From NCBI GenBank assembly GCA_963769935.1, contig CAVYNY010000013.1, positions 160,001-224,000 of the forward strand: a stretch of DNA of 64,000 nt, written 5' to 3'. Under the pieces are notes generated by a model that did no database searches, was not told the DNA's origin, and saw nothing but the letters and a program-made list of their open reading frames with translations. Source of the DNA: an uncultured delta proteobacterium (GTDB taxonomy: Bacteria; Desulfobacterota; Desulfobacteria; Desulfobacterales; JAFDCJ01). Each line of letters begins with the position of its first letter. Positions within the stretch are counted from its first letter, which is position 1. This document shows positions 19,957 through 30,920 of this stretch, piece by piece. A program made the translations under genes and the position numbers.

Positions 19957-20650
19957 ATGGCTAAAGAAAAAATTTCAATCAAACAGTTTGTCGGCAACCA
20001 GGTGAAGAAGTGGGAGCGGATGTACTCCCAGGCGGCGAAGACAAGCCGAACCGCGCCTGCCGACCATAACCCTTAATATGGAACCCGGCAGCGGCGGCAG
20101 CATCCTGGCGCAAAAAATAGCGGATCGACTGGATTTCGACCTCTTTAATCGGGAAATAGTTGAAGCGATAGCCAAAAGTTCCGAAATCAGAGAAACCGTT
20201 ATTGAAACCTTGGAAAAAGACCGTCTGTCCGGGATGGAAGATTTCATCGCCTCCCTGGTCAAGGATTATTACATCCATCCCGATCTTTATCTCGAGCATC
20301 TTCTCAAAGTCATCAACACGATTGCCAAGCACGGTCGGGCGGTGATCGTCGGCCGGGGCGCCAATTTTATCCTGCCGGCGCATGAAATATTTTCCGTACG
20401 CGTCATAGCGCCTCTGGAAATCAGGATCCGCAACGTGGCCCTCAATTACAAGGTTGCTGAAGAGGAAGCCAAGCGGCGGATCATCCAGCGGGAATCGCGC
20501 CGCAAAGCTTTTGTAAGACATTCCTTCAATGCCGATATATCCGATCCCCTCCATTACGACATGGTCATCAACACCGGCAAGATGAATATTGACGCCGCCG
20601 TGGAGGCGGTTATCGCGGCCGTTATGGCCTCCCTGGTGGGCAATCCTTAA
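19957..20650 (+). CDS. Second cytidylate-kinase-like protein with an apparent 5' frameshift
   Basis: PTITLNMEPGSGG, VIVGRGANF and YDMVINT; the plausible N-terminus MAKEKISIKQFV from 19957 is 1 nt out of frame. Confidence 0.75.
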
Positions 20651-20668
20651 ATCGAACAAAAATTCCGG

Positions 20669-21556
20669 TTAAGCTTTGCGCTGGATCTTGGGATTCATTT
20701 CTTCTCTGAGCCAGTCGGCAAACAGATTGATGCCCACCACCAGCAAAATCAAGGCGGCCCCCGGAAAGACGATCATCCACCACATGCCGGCGTAAATATA
20801 ATTTTTGCCGATGGAGATCATCATCCCCAGCGAGGGCTCGGTGAGGGGAACGCCGACACCCAGAAAACTCAGGGTCGCCTCCAGCATGATCACCACTGCC
20901 AGATCGACGGCAATCACCACAAAAATCGGCGCCACCGCATTCGGCAGAATATGTTTGGCCAAAAGCCTGAAATCACCGGCCCCGCTGGCCCTGGCCGCCA
21001 GTATATAAGCTTCCTCTTTGACCTGCAGGACGCTGCCGCGCATGGTGCGGGCGTATCGAACCCAGTCGGCAATGCAGATCGCAATAATCACAATAAAGAT
21101 ACTGCTGCGGCCGAAGACACCGAGAAATAAAATCGCCAGGAGCGTGGTGGAAAACGAAAAAACCGTGTCGGCCAATCGCATGGTAACGGCATCCAGCCAA
21201 CCGCCGTAGAAGCCGGCCAGCAGACCGATGACAATTCCAAAGCTTCCGGCGATCAACACAACCCCGAATCCCACGATCAGCGAGGTGCGGCAGCCATAGA
21301 CGATCGTGCTGTAAATCCCGCGCCCCTGATCGTCGGTTCCCAGGATGAACGGCGCCTGCCCCCCCTCGATCCAAATCGGCGGCGTTAAAAAATGCTCCAG
21401 GCTGACCTTTTCCAGGTCATAGGGGTTCTGGGGGGTGATCCAGGGGGCCAGCACGGCCATGGCCAGGAATGCCAGCAGAATAACGCTGCCGGCAATGGCG
21501 GAAGGATCGTTCAGATAGCTGTAAAGCATTCTGGATTTGATGCGGTGCTCAGTCAT
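20669..21556 (-). CDS. Peptide ABC transporter permease (DppC/OppC-like)
   Basis: LGTDDQGR, EAA-loop YILAARASGA, KHILPN. Confidence 0.93.
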   Translation of the reverse strand: MTEHRIKSRMLYSYLNDPSAIAGSVILLAFLAMAVLAPWITPQNPYDLEKVSLEHFLTPPIWIEGGQAPFILGTDDQGRGIYSTIVYGCRTSLIVGFGVVLIAGSFGIVIGLLAGFYGGWLDAVTMRLADTVFSFSTTLLAILFLGVFGRSSIFIVIIAICIADWVRYARTMRGSVLQVKEEAYILAARASGAGDFRLLAKHILPNAVAPIFVVIAVDLAVVIMLEATLSFLGVGVPLTEPSLGMMISIGKNYIYAGMWWMIVFPGAALILLVVGINLFADWLREEMNPKIQRKA

Positions 21557-22514
21557 AGCGAATCTTCGGATTTATGATTCCGTAAAGAATATCGACGACC
21601 ATATTCAGGGTAATAATGATCATCGCGGCCAGCATGATATAGGTGATCACGACCGGCTGATCCGTCTCATAGATCGATGTCAGGAGCAGATTGCCCATCC
21701 CCGGCCATTGGAAGATCGTTTCGGTGACAATCGAAAAGGCGATGACTTCGCCGAACTGAAGGCCGGTGATGGTAATCACGGGAATCAGGGCATTGCGCAG
21801 GGCATGCTTGAAGATCACTTTCAGGGGCGGCAGCCCTTTGGCCCAAGCGGTTTTGATGTACTCTTCGGTCATGACCTCGCGCATGCCGGCCCGGGTCAGC
21901 CGCAGCAGCACGGCCAGCTGATACATGGCCAGGGTCAACGCCGGCAGGATCAGATGCTTGAGGCCGTCCAGGGTCAGGAACCCGCTGCGCCAGAATCCCA
22001 CCTGCACGGTTTCCCCGCGGCCGAAGGGCGGCAGAATCCTCAGATAGACCGCAAAGACCATGATGAGCAAAATTCCCATCAAAAATGTCGGTATGGAAAT
22101 GCCGCCCAAAGACCCGGCCATGATCAGCCGGTTGCGCCAGGCATAGGGCTTCAGGGCCACCAGGACCCCGAGCCCCACGCCGATCACAAAGGCCAGGCAG
22201 ACGGCTGTGGAGGCCAGCTCGAAGGTGGCGGGAAAGCGCTCCAGGATCAGCCCCAGGGCCGGCACCCGCGTAACATAGGACACCCCGAAATGGCCGTGGA
22301 CGGCGTTCCACAAAAACCGCCCGTACTGGACGTACATGGGCTTGTCCAATCCCAGGGCATGCCGCACCTCTTCCCGCTCCTGGAAGGTGGCATATCGTCC
22401 GGCCATGGTGATGACGGGATCCCCCATGTAGCGGAAGATAAAAAAACATATCATCGACGCCGCCAGCAGGACGACAACCCCTTGAAGCAGTCTGCGTGCA
22501 ATGTATGTAACCAT
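21549..22514 (-). CDS. Peptide ABC transporter permease (DppB/OppB-like)
   Basis: GDP..GLDKP, EYIKTAWAKGL, HALRNA. Confidence 0.93.
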   Translation of the reverse strand: MVTYIARRLLQGVVVLLAASMICFFIFRYMGDPVITMAGRYATFQEREEVRHALGLDKPMYVQYGRFLWNAVHGHFGVSYVTRVPALGLILERFPATFELASTAVCLAFVIGVGLGVLVALKPYAWRNRLIMAGSLGGISIPTFLMGILLIMVFAVYLRILPPFGRGETVQVGFWRSGFLTLDGLKHLILPALTLAMYQLAVLLRLTRAGMREVMTEEYIKTAWAKGLPPLKVIFKHALRNALIPVITITGLQFGEVIAFSIVTETIFQWPGMGNLLLTSIYETDQPVVITYIMLAAMIIITLNMVVDILYGIINPKIRYD

Positions 22515-22538
22515 ATACTTAAAGATACCGGTGCAATG

Positions 22539-24104
22539 TTATTTCAGCGAAATTTCCTTGTACACCATCCAGCGATCCGGACGGGGCTGGAAGTCGATCC
22601 CCTTTCCTTTTTGGAGGGCATACAGGTCCACCTGATAGTGCAGGGGGATCCACACGATCTTGTCCACCATGGCCATCTTGTTGAGTTTCTGCAGAACCTG
22701 GCCCCGCTGCTGGGGGTCGATGATGGCAGCGGTGGACTCCAGCAACCGGTCGATTTCAGCATCGCTGTAATCGGCCCCGTTCAGCTCGCCGTAGCCTTTG
22801 GCTTCATCCCGGGTATGGGCCAGCTTAAAATAGGTTCGCCCCATGTCGAAGGTGCCGTCGAACCATCCGATCAGGTAGAATTCCAGCTTGCCCGCACTGA
22901 CTTCCGGGAAAAAGATAGACTTCGGCTTCACGTCCAGCTCGGCTTTGATGCCCACCTTGGCCAGGTATCTGGCCACCGCCTCGGCAATTTTAGCGTCCTG
23001 AATGTAGCGGTCGTTGGGCCCGGTCAGTTTGATATTAAACCCATTGCCGTACCCGGCTTCCTGCAGCAGCTGCTTGGCCATCTCGGGATTATAGGGCAGC
23101 CGTGTCAGTTCGCTGTTGTAGCCGATGGTCGGCGGGTCCGGAATCTGGGCGGCCGGTGCGGCATGGCCCCGCATCACCTTGGCGATAATTTCATCTTCGT
23201 TGATTGCCATATAGATCGCCTTGCGAACCCGGATGTCCGCCATGGGCGAACCGGGCTTATTGCCCAGCGCCAGAAAGATCGAGCGTCGCGCCGGGCGGCT
23301 GATGATTTCCAGTTTGGGATTTTTACGGATCTGCTCGTACAATTCCACCGGCACGCCGGTAGCCAGGTCGACCTGGCCGGAGGCCAAGGCCGCAAAACGG
23401 GTGGAGGACTCCGAAATCGGGCGGATGTCCACCTTTTTGATCGGTGGCGCACCTTCCCAGTAGTCCTCGTTGGCTTCCATTTTGATATAGGAGCCTTTGA
23501 CCCATTCCTCCAGTTTATAGGCCCCGGTGCCGATAGGATGAACCATCACATCACCCGGATCCCGGGACTCGGTGGATTCCTTGTCCATGATGAAAATCTG
23601 GTGCATGTTGTTGGCAAACCAGGGAATCGGTTCCTTGGTCCTGATAATGACGGTGTAGTCATCCGGGGTTTCAATAGACTCAATCGATTTGCCGGTGTTG
23701 ATGAATTCCGAAACTTCCGGATTGCTGAGCCGTTCAAAGGTAAACTTGACGTCGGCCGCCGTAAACGGATTGCCGTTGTGAAACTTGACCCCTTGACGCA
23801 GATAAAACTTCCAGGTCAGCAGGTCCGGGTGCTCCCAGCGCAGCGCCAGGGCCGGTGCCAGAGTGCCGTCGGGACCTTTGCGCTGCAGCATTCCGTCAAA
23901 AAAATTGGCCATGTACTGCAGCCCGGCATCAGAGTCGTCTCCTTGCGGGTTCATCATGCGCGGCGAGTCGTCCTGGGCCACGACGATGGACGAAGCCGCC
24001 AGGGCCGGCGCATCATATCCGGCCAGGATAACCAGCGCCAATAGAATAAACGGCAGTAACTTGATCTTTCTCATTTTTCCCTCCTTTGGTTGATGGTGAG
24101 ACAA
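22539..24104 (-). CDS. Peptide ABC substrate-binding protein (family 5)
   Basis: LRQGVKFHNGNPFTAADVKFT and PIGTGAY; likely start MRKIK near 24074. Confidence 0.93.
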   Translation of the reverse strand: MSHHQPKEGKMRKIKLLPFILLALVILAGYDAPALAASSIVVAQDDSPRMMNPQGDDSDAGLQYMANFFDGMLQRKGPDGTLAPALALRWEHPDLLTWKFYLRQGVKFHNGNPFTAADVKFTFERLSNPEVSEFINTGKSIESIETPDDYTVIIRTKEPIPWFANNMHQIFIMDKESTESRDPGDVMVHPIGTGAYKLEEWVKGSYIKMEANEDYWEGAPPIKKVDIRPISESSTRFAALASGQVDLATGVPVELYEQIRKNPKLEIISRPARRSIFLALGNKPGSPMADIRVRKAIYMAINEDEIIAKVMRGHAAPAAQIPDPPTIGYNSELTRLPYNPEMAKQLLQEAGYGNGFNIKLTGPNDRYIQDAKIAEAVARYLAKVGIKAELDVKPKSIFFPEVSAGKLEFYLIGWFDGTFDMGRTYFKLAHTRDEAKGYGELNGADYSDAEIDRLLESTAAIIDPQQRGQVLQKLNKMAMVDKIVWIPLHYQVDLYALQKGKGIDFQPRPDRWMVYKEISLK

Positions 24105-24180
24105 TTCGGATTACATCCGGCAGATGTGATCCATCAGCAACATTTTTTCCTGATTGAATACCTTGCATCCCCTGCCGGCG

Positions 24181-25143
24181 TCAATACAAATAGCAGGCCA
24201 CGTAATGCCGACCGCCCAGATCTTTCAACACCGGCACCTCTTTGTCGCAAACCTCCATCCGGTGGGGACACCGGGGATGAAAGGAGCAGCCTGGCGGCGG
24301 ATTGATCGGACTGGGCACATCGCCTTTGAGAATGACTCTCTTTTTCCTGGTTTTCGGATCGGGCAGCGGAATGGCCGAAAGCAGTGCCTGGGTATAGGGA
24401 TGTTTGGGGGCGTCATACAGTTCGCGAAAGGAGGCCATCTCCACCACCTTTCCCAGATACATGACCGCGATGCGATCACAGACATGTTCCACCACCCCCA
24501 GATCATGGGCTATGATGATGTATGACAGATTGAAATCCTGCTGCAGGTCGATCAGCAGGTTGATGATCTGGGCCTGGATGGAAACATCCAGGGCCGACAC
24601 GGGTTCATCGCCGATGATAAGCTGCGGGTTAAGGGCCAGGGCCCGGGCAACCCCGATCCGCTGGCGCTGCCCGCCGCTGAATTCGTGCGGATAACGGCGT
24701 CCCTGCTCGGGTGTCAGGCCGACTTTTTCCAGCAGGTATGCGATCCGTTCGCTCCTCTCGCGTCCGGCATAAACATCGTGGATCTCCATGGGATCAGCGA
24801 GGATCTGACTTACCGTCAGGCGGGGGTTGAGGGACGAATATGGATCCTGAAAGATCATCTGGATATTCCGCTTCAGAGACCGCAGCTGGGACTTATTCAT
24901 GCGGGTGACGCTTTGCCCGTTGAACGCAACCTCTCCGCCGGTGGATTCGATCAAACGCATGATCGCCAGCCCGGTGGTGGTCTTGCCGCATCCGCTTTCT
25001 CCCACCAACCCCAGGGTTTCGCCTTTTTGCAGGGTCAAGGATACCCCGTCAACCGCGTAGACGTAGCCGACGGTCTTGGACCACAGACCTTTTTTAATCG
25101 GAAAATGAACTTTTAAGTTATCGACCGTCAGCAGGTTTTGCAA
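24181..25143 (-). CDS. Peptide ABC ATPase (DppF/OppF-like)
   Basis: GESGCGKT, FSGGQRQR and a C-terminal Cys cluster. Confidence 0.94.
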   Translation of the reverse strand: MQNLLTVDNLKVHFPIKKGLWSKTVGYVYAVDGVSLTLQKGETLGLVGESGCGKTTTGLAIMRLIESTGGEVAFNGQSVTRMNKSQLRSLKRNIQMIFQDPYSSLNPRLTVSQILADPMEIHDVYAGRERSERIAYLLEKVGLTPEQGRRYPHEFSGGQRQRIGVARALALNPQLIIGDEPVSALDVSIQAQIINLLIDLQQDFNLSYIIIAHDLGVVEHVCDRIAVMYLGKVVEMASFRELYDAPKHPYTQALLSAIPLPDPKTRKKRVILKGDVPSPINPPPGCSFHPRCPHRMEVCDKEVPVLKDLGGRHYVACYLY

Positions 25144-25308
25144 AGCGAATATACCAATTTGTAGGGGAACTAAAAAATAGATTAATCACGAAATCACGAA
25201 AGGACGAAAACACGAAAGGCAGACAAGGCAAATTTCGTGTTTTCCAGATTTCGTGTTTTCGTGATGAAATCCGTGAATCATAAAATTGGAAGAAATCCAT
25301 ATAACCCT

Positions 25309-26307
25309 TTAATATAAAAAGCAGCGAACCCGATGAGATTCGCCGGCTTCGATCAACTCCGGAATGCGCTGGTTGCAGACTTCCATTGCGTGCGGGCACC
25401 TGGGGTAAAACCGGCATCCGGCCGGCAGATCATAAAGGCTGGGAACGATACCCGTTATTTCCTGAAGCCTCCGGCGGCCGGTTCGCGCCCGCTCGCCAAG
25501 CTTGGGAATCGATTTCAACAGTCCCCAGGTATAGGGATGTTTGGGTTCATCAAAAATGGCGACCGTAGGGCCCTCTTCCACCACTTTGCCGGCATACATC
25601 ACCTCAGTCCGCCCGGCGATCTCGGCGATTACTCCCAGGTCGTGGGTGATCATCATGATGGCCGAACCATAGTCTTCCTGCAACTGCATCATCAGGTCAA
25701 GAATCTGGGCCTGGATGGTCACATCCAGCGCGGTGGTGGGCTCGTCCGCGATCAGGATTTCCGGGTTGCAGGCCAGGGCCATGGCGATCATGGCCCGCTG
25801 CCGCATGCCGCCGGAAAGCTGATGGGGGTACTCGTGCACTCTTTTTTCCGGTGCCGGAATCTGGACTTTTTTGAGCATTTCAATGGATCGGTGCCGGCTT
25901 TCGCGCTTGGAGCAATTTTCATGCAGCATGAACATCTCAGAAATTTGATTACCGATGGTATACACCGGGTTGAGCGAGGTCATCGGCTCCTGAAATATCA
26001 TGGAAATTCGATTCCCCCGAATCGATCGCATATCGGCTATGGGCAACCTGGTGATATCGATTCCGTCAAATAGGATCTTGCCGTCTACGATCTTGCCCGG
26101 CGGCTCCGGAATGAGGCGCATGATTGATTGGGCGGTAACACTCTTGCCGCAGCCGGATTCGCCGACAATGCCGAGAACCTCGCCCTTTGCAAGGGTAAAA
26201 CTCACATCATCAACTGCTTTGGCAATGCCTTCAAAGGTGTAAAAGTAGGTCTTAAGCCCTTCAATCTGAAGCAGGTAAGTGGCGCTGGTCATAATATCAT
26301 TTTTCAA
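25309..26307 (-). CDS. Peptide ABC ATPase (DppD/OppD-like)
   Basis: [24 protein letters not shown]. Confidence 0.94.
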   Translation of the reverse strand: MKNDIMTSATYLLQIEGLKTYFYTFEGIAKAVDDVSFTLAKGEVLGIVGESGCGKSVTAQSIMRLIPEPPGKIVDGKILFDGIDITRLPIADMRSIRGNRISMIFQEPMTSLNPVYTIGNQISEMFMLHENCSKRESRHRSIEMLKKVQIPAPEKRVHEYPHQLSGGMRQRAMIAMALACNPEILIADEPTTALDVTIQAQILDLMMQLQEDYGSAIMMITHDLGVIAEIAGRTEVMYAGKVVEEGPTVAIFDEPKHPYTWGLLKSIPKLGERARTGRRRLQEITGIVPSLYDLPAGCRFYPRCPHAMEVCNQRIPELIEAGESHRVRCFLY

Positions 26308-26324
26308 TTTTAGATTGGGCTGAT

Positions 26325-27212
26325 TTATCCATCTTTAACAAACGGTTCCGGAACCCGGCCGACATAGATCAACAGACCGGAAGCGGTGGGAAAGGAAAAA
26401 TATTGCGGTAGAAACTCCGGCTCCGTGTCGAGCACCAGGCGAACCTTGTCCGGGTAGGCCAGGTAGCGAATTTGCTTCACCCATCTGGACGCAACGGGGA
26501 TGATTTGCTCTTTTTCATAAGGACTTTTAAGGTTGTAAATGTCGAAAACGATACGGGCCGGATTTTCAATTGCAAACGATTTGTAATCGCCGATGGTGCC
26601 GTCGGCATTGACATTGACAATAAAATGATCTTTAAGGGATGTCGTCGTAACAGTTTCCAACACAGTTGCGACGGCAGAATCTTTATCAGCCGGGCCGGTT
26701 TCGTTTTCTGCGGCTGCGGGATTAATCGCGGCGTCCGTGTCCGCCCCGCGATGGGTTGTCTTGGGAAAGGAAACCCTGACGCCGTCTTCGTCCGGGGAGA
26801 AGGCGTAAGGCCGCTCTACCTGCAGGACAATTAACAGGCGCGCATCTTTTATATCCCCATCGATAACTTCGTCGGCTTCAAGGGACTTAAAAATTTCATT
26901 ATCCGGCGGGATAAAAATTGTCCGGCCGGCATCGAGGGCGGTATCGGGAAAATACAGCAAAAGTCCGGCCGGAGCAACCTGGTTGACGGCGGTAAAGGTT
27001 AAGGGCCCCTCGCCTTTTATGGTGCAATACCAGGATTTATCGTCTTCGCTGACCCGGATTTCGGTGATGCGCTTGGGCACGGAGGACTTTACCGCGGTGG
27101 ACTGGTTGGAAGGGCAGCCGGTCCAAAGTACAAGCAGGGACGCCGTCAGGACGATTGCCGCAATTGTTGGGCCTGCCTCTGCCGTCTGATAGAAAATGCC
27201 TCGGTTTTTCAT
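26325..27212 (-). CDS. AMIN-domain exported protein (like the PilQ N-terminus), possible lipoprotein
   Basis: NPARIVFDI and DKVRLVLD AMIN patterns, two repeats, LWTGC. Confidence 0.75.
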   Translation of the reverse strand: MKNRGIFYQTAEAGPTIAAIVLTASLLVLWTGCPSNQSTAVKSSVPKRITEIRVSEDDKSWYCTIKGEGPLTFTAVNQVAPAGLLLYFPDTALDAGRTIFIPPDNEIFKSLEADEVIDGDIKDARLLIVLQVERPYAFSPDEDGVRVSFPKTTHRGADTDAAINPAAAENETGPADKDSAVATVLETVTTTSLKDHFIVNVNADGTIGDYKSFAIENPARIVFDIYNLKSPYEKEQIIPVASRWVKQIRYLAYPDKVRLVLDTEPEFLPQYFSFPTASGLLIYVGRVPEPFVKDG

Positions 27213-27290
27213 GACTCGTAAACGTACTCCCGGCGCATCCTGTGAATCATCGGTTCAGGCTTTTCATCAATCCTGAGCCTTCCTTTTCGT

Positions 27291-28064
27291 TCAAACCGGC
27301 CGCTTTTCAGGCCAGGGGCTGAGCTGAAACTTGAACGGGTACGCTTTTTTTCTTTCGCGTTTTTGAATGATCACCAAATTACCATCATAGGTTAATATGC
27401 CCAACATAATGGCACAAACCAGGCGGTAAATACTGACTGAGTAGTATCGACTATCCGCCACCGGGTTTGTTTTGAGCGGATCGGCAACCGACACGCTGCG
27501 ATTTTTGCTGTCATAACCGGTCAGAACCACGAAATGGCCCACCGAATCGCCGCGGACGTCGTCATATTTTAATTCGTCGCCATTACCAAATTCGCGGGCG
27601 GAATTATAAAGATAAGTGGCACTCAATCCCGTCAGAATTGGAATCGATTTTTTCAGATAGCGCCGAACCAGAGCCGCCGTCATCACCTCGAACCGCAGCC
27701 GGCCGCCGAGTTCCAGATACTCGAGGTATGCATTGGTAACGACCTCAATTCCCGGAATATGTTTTTTAAAAGTCACTTGACGCTGCAGCTTGACGGCAAT
27801 TTCATTGCTCCGGATGGCAGACCAGGTTGGGTCGAAAATTTGCAGGTTATAGGGAAAAATGGTGGCTTTGTAACCGCGCCGCAGCGCATGACAGGCCAGA
27901 TAGACATCAAGCGTGCCGCCTTCCGCGATGCTGGGAACTTCAGCCGTCACCTTTTGCAGAGGAATCTGATCATTGTAATAACGGTAGATGGCATGCAGAC
28001 ATGTTGGCCCGCAGGTCGTATTGTCCGGCTGCCAGTTTATGTCAAAATGCAGTTTAGAATCCAT
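27291..28064 (-). CDS. Peptidase C39-like protein
   Basis: QPDNTTCGPTCL, GHFVVLTGYD and VADP give a Cys-His-Asp triad. Confidence 0.8.
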   Translation of the reverse strand: MDSKLHFDINWQPDNTTCGPTCLHAIYRYYNDQIPLQKVTAEVPSIAEGGTLDVYLACHALRRGYKATIFPYNLQIFDPTWSAIRSNEIAVKLQRQVTFKKHIPGIEVVTNAYLEYLELGGRLRFEVMTAALVRRYLKKSIPILTGLSATYLYNSAREFGNGDELKYDDVRGDSVGHFVVLTGYDSKNRSVSVADPLKTNPVADSRYYSVSIYRLVCAIMLGILTYDGNLVIIQKRERKKAYPFKFQLSPWPEKRPV

Positions 28065-28410
28065 GGTCGGTTCGCTATGTGTCAGGAATCCCGGCCCTGA
28101 GGGTTCGGCTTTGACTTCATCACCCCAGCTTCCGGCTCGTAGAGCCTACAGCTCGGTGAGAGGGGTGGTGTTGGAAGTCACATAATCCCTGGAATATTGA
28201 AATAGTGGAAAAGATGATGAGCGCAATTGAATTCAAGGGTCCGTGAATACCTGTCCGCTAAAAGATATCTGAAAACTAGGCTAAATGTCAATACTTGTCT
28301 GGCTGGATCAAAATCCCTCTCGTACCATTGGGCGAATCAGCGGAAATGCAGGCGGGACCGCCCCTTTTGCAGCCGAGTGGCCCCGGTTCCTATTGATTAT
28401 GATTTCACGT

Positions 28411-29220
28411 TTATCTTGCAATCGGTATCATGCCATACTTGCGGATAATTTTCTGACCGTCTTCGGAAAAGGTGTAATCGATAAATTTCTTTAAGTTTCC
28501 GGTCGGCTCCCCCTTGGTAACATAATAGAATATCTGATAATAGGGATAATCGGCATCGGTCGGCAACAGGCCGTCGATCTTTAACGTCTTTAACTCCTTG
28601 TGGTGCACGGCAGCCCCCTGGGAGATAAAGGACACGGCGCCACAGGGAAAATGTTTTATCGCTTCGATCACCATGGTGGAATCATAGGCCATAAAATCAT
28701 AGTTAATATCTTTGAGCTTCATTATCTGGCGTCTGAAGTTCTTATGGGCCGCCGTATCCTTGTCCGGTACGACGATCATAATCGGCAGATCGGCGCCACC
28801 GACTTCCTTCCAGTTGGTAATGTCACCTGCGAATATGTCCTGAAGTTGTTCTTCCGTCAAAGTATCAACTCCGCATTCAGCTCTGGCAATCACGGCAATA
28901 GGATCTTGGCAGAAAGGCGTTTCCTTGAAACCGTAAACTTCATGGCGGTTATACAGTTTCCGGGCACTGCTGGCGATATCACAATTGCCGGTCGTCAGGC
29001 GATAGGCGCAGGAACCGGAGGAAGCGGTCTTCACATCCACCTGGATGCCGGTCGCCTCGGTAAATGCTGCTATTTTTTCCTTTTCAAAGGCCGCATACAC
29101 TTGATTGGAACAACTGTACTTCAATACATCCTGGGCCGCGGCCTTGATCGCGGGCGCAGCAATCCAGGCCCCTGCCAGAAGAGATATCAACGCAATTTTT
29201 AAAAAAGATTTGAGTTTCAT
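28411..29220 (-). CDS. PstS-like periplasmic substrate-binding protein
   Basis: Signal peptide, DIASSAR, LQDIFAGDITNWKEVGG. Confidence 0.8.
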   Translation of the reverse strand: MKLKSFLKIALISLLAGAWIAAPAIKAAAQDVLKYSCSNQVYAAFEKEKIAAFTEATGIQVDVKTASSGSCAYRLTTGNCDIASSARKLYNRHEVYGFKETPFCQDPIAVIARAECGVDTLTEEQLQDIFAGDITNWKEVGGADLPIMIVVPDKDTAAHKNFRRQIMKLKDINYDFMAYDSTMVIEAIKHFPCGAVSFISQGAAVHHKELKTLKIDGLLPTDADYPYYQIFYYVTKGEPTGNLKKFIDYTFSEDGQKIIRKYGMIPIAR

Positions 29221-29238
29221 TTTTTCCCTCCTTGCTTT

Positions 29239-29916
29239 TCAAAAAATTTCACGTATATTCTCGCGCTGGTCTACCATGTAAATCAGCGCGACCATCCGGC
29301 TGAGATCTAACTGGAGTTGTTTGAGCCTGGAGCGATCGATGCTGTGCATTCGAATAAAAACCTTGCGGTACCCGTCCGGGACTTTGTCGTAAGATGAGAG
29401 GATGCTTACCATCCGCCCGCCGTATTTCCGAATGACATCAGCCACCTCCTTAATGGAACCTGTCCGGTCTTCAAGTTGAAAAGCAAACTGAATACCGCCC
29501 TTGCCCACGCCGGTGAGCGCTATGAGAACCCGAAACAAATCCGTCTGGGTGATGATTCCGACAAGTCCCCCGTTCTGATCCACAACCGGAACGCCGGATA
29601 TTTTATTTTCGAGCAGCACCTGGGCGCTTTCCTCAACCGTATAATTGTAGGGGACCGTGACAGGGTCTTTAGACATGATGCTGCCGACCTTGATCTTTGA
29701 AATCAGGTACAGCAGTTCATGAATATCCAGGGTCGTGGCATCTGAAGCAGAGGCCCTTTTCAAATCACGATCGGTGACCACCCCGACCAGTTTTCCCTTT
29801 TTTAAAACCGGCAGGATGCGAATGCCGTTTTCCTTCATCAATTTCAGCGCATCCTGCATGGAATCATCGACATCGACGGTGATCACATTTTTGCTCATCC
29901 AATTGCTTACTAACAT
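29239..29916 (-). CDS. CBS pair + ACT domain protein (AcuB-like)
   Basis: LPV..LVGVVTDRDLK..S.ATTL; ACT segment LEDRTGSI. Confidence 0.9.
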   Translation of the reverse strand: MLVSNWMSKNVITVDVDDSMQDALKLMKENGIRILPVLKKGKLVGVVTDRDLKRASASDATTLDIHELLYLISKIKVGSIMSKDPVTVPYNYTVEESAQVLLENKISGVPVVDQNGGLVGIITQTDLFRVLIALTGVGKGGIQFAFQLEDRTGSIKEVADVIRKYGGRMVSILSSYDKVPDGYRKVFIRMHSIDRSRLKQLQLDLSRMVALIYMVDQRENIREIF

Positions 29917-30037
29917 GATTTTACCTCCCTTTAGTCAGCCATTTATGTCATTGACAAGCCAACATGAACGACAACGAAATTACGCCCTAACCTCTGATCC
30001 GTAAATGCCTGCATCCAGGCTTTTCCAACAATCATAA

Positions 30038-30053
30038 AGCAAGGGATATGCCA
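30038..30053 (-). promoter_or_regulatory. Sigma-54 -24/-12 promoter
   Basis: TGGCATATCCCTTGCT on the minus strand, about 120 nt upstream of the CBS-ACT gene. Confidence 0.75.
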
Positions 30054-30363
30054 GAATAAGAAATCCCGCCGGGTGCTTGTAAGTTGTTGGATTTTTGAGC
30101 GATAAAATCTGGCGTTGAAGAAAACGCAGGCAAGGTCTTCTCAACGGTGTCGAAATTTTTTACAGGATGTAAACGCTTGACCAGGAGTTATCAGGTGCCC
30201 CTGCTTCGCCTTCCAGGCTTCCGACTTCGTCACGCCTGCAGCGTGACTATGACGGGAGTAGAGTAGAGACGAGCTCCATGTTCAATGGCCAAGGCGGGAT
30301 CTTCGACATGCCCAGGGTCCTCTGCGAAGATGGATAAATCCCAAATGAGGGTTACCAGCCGTT

Positions 30364-30675
30364 TTAAAACAATTTGACGGCCCGGCACAGAAGATCAACG
30401 GCGGCATTTATTTCTACAGCATTTCCCGCATGCTTCGCCTTCTCGGTAAACAACCACCTGGTAACCATGTGGCTGAATATTCCCATGAAAAGGTTTACAA
30501 AAATGCGATTGTTGATTTCAGGTCGAATGCTGCCGTCTCGCTTTCCCTCTTCCAGGATGTCGTAAATACTTTCCAGATAATTTTTAAACGGCTGATAAGC
30601 CCTGGAAGCATAGAACCGGGGATTATAAATGGCGTCGAACAAAAAAACCTTCGTGAAAACCGGCTTATTCACCGG
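30364..30675 (-). pseudogene. C-terminal fragment of a TetR-family regulator
   Basis: ILEEGKRDGSIRPEIN..FMG TetR_C pattern with no HTH. Confidence 0.6.
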
Positions 30676-30711
30676 ATTACCGCCTTCCCATTCAATCGGG
30701 AGCCACCCGGC

Positions 30712-30920
30712 TGTTTGGCGCACTAAAGCCCTGGGCGCCCTCTTTTTCTTACGGTCTCATCATGATTCTGGATTCGGATTTCATGCCGATGGCCAGCGCC
30801 CAGTCAAGGGCCAACGGCCGGCGCCACGGCATTACCGCTGCGTTGGAATGGCGGGGCGATTTAATCGCCGTCAGCAAGGGAAGCAATGAACTGCTTAAGC
30901 TCAGTATGAAGGGACTGTAA
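30712..30920 (+). pseudogene. 3' fragment of a hypothetical gene (possibly strictosidine-synthase-like) from a sugar ABC cluster
   Basis: GALKPWAPSFSYGL..SRANGRRHGIT; its stop overlaps the next ATG (TAATG). Confidence 0.4.

Noticed and set aside
19957..20080. Programmed frameshift in the CMK-like gene
   Set aside because: No slippery sequence at the inferred shift; a single indel or sequencing error is more likely
21537..24044. 835-aa plus-strand ORF, and similar long ORFs at 44965-45885, 51763-52728 and 53722-54642
   Set aside because: Antisense shadows of well-supported genes with no recognisable motifs
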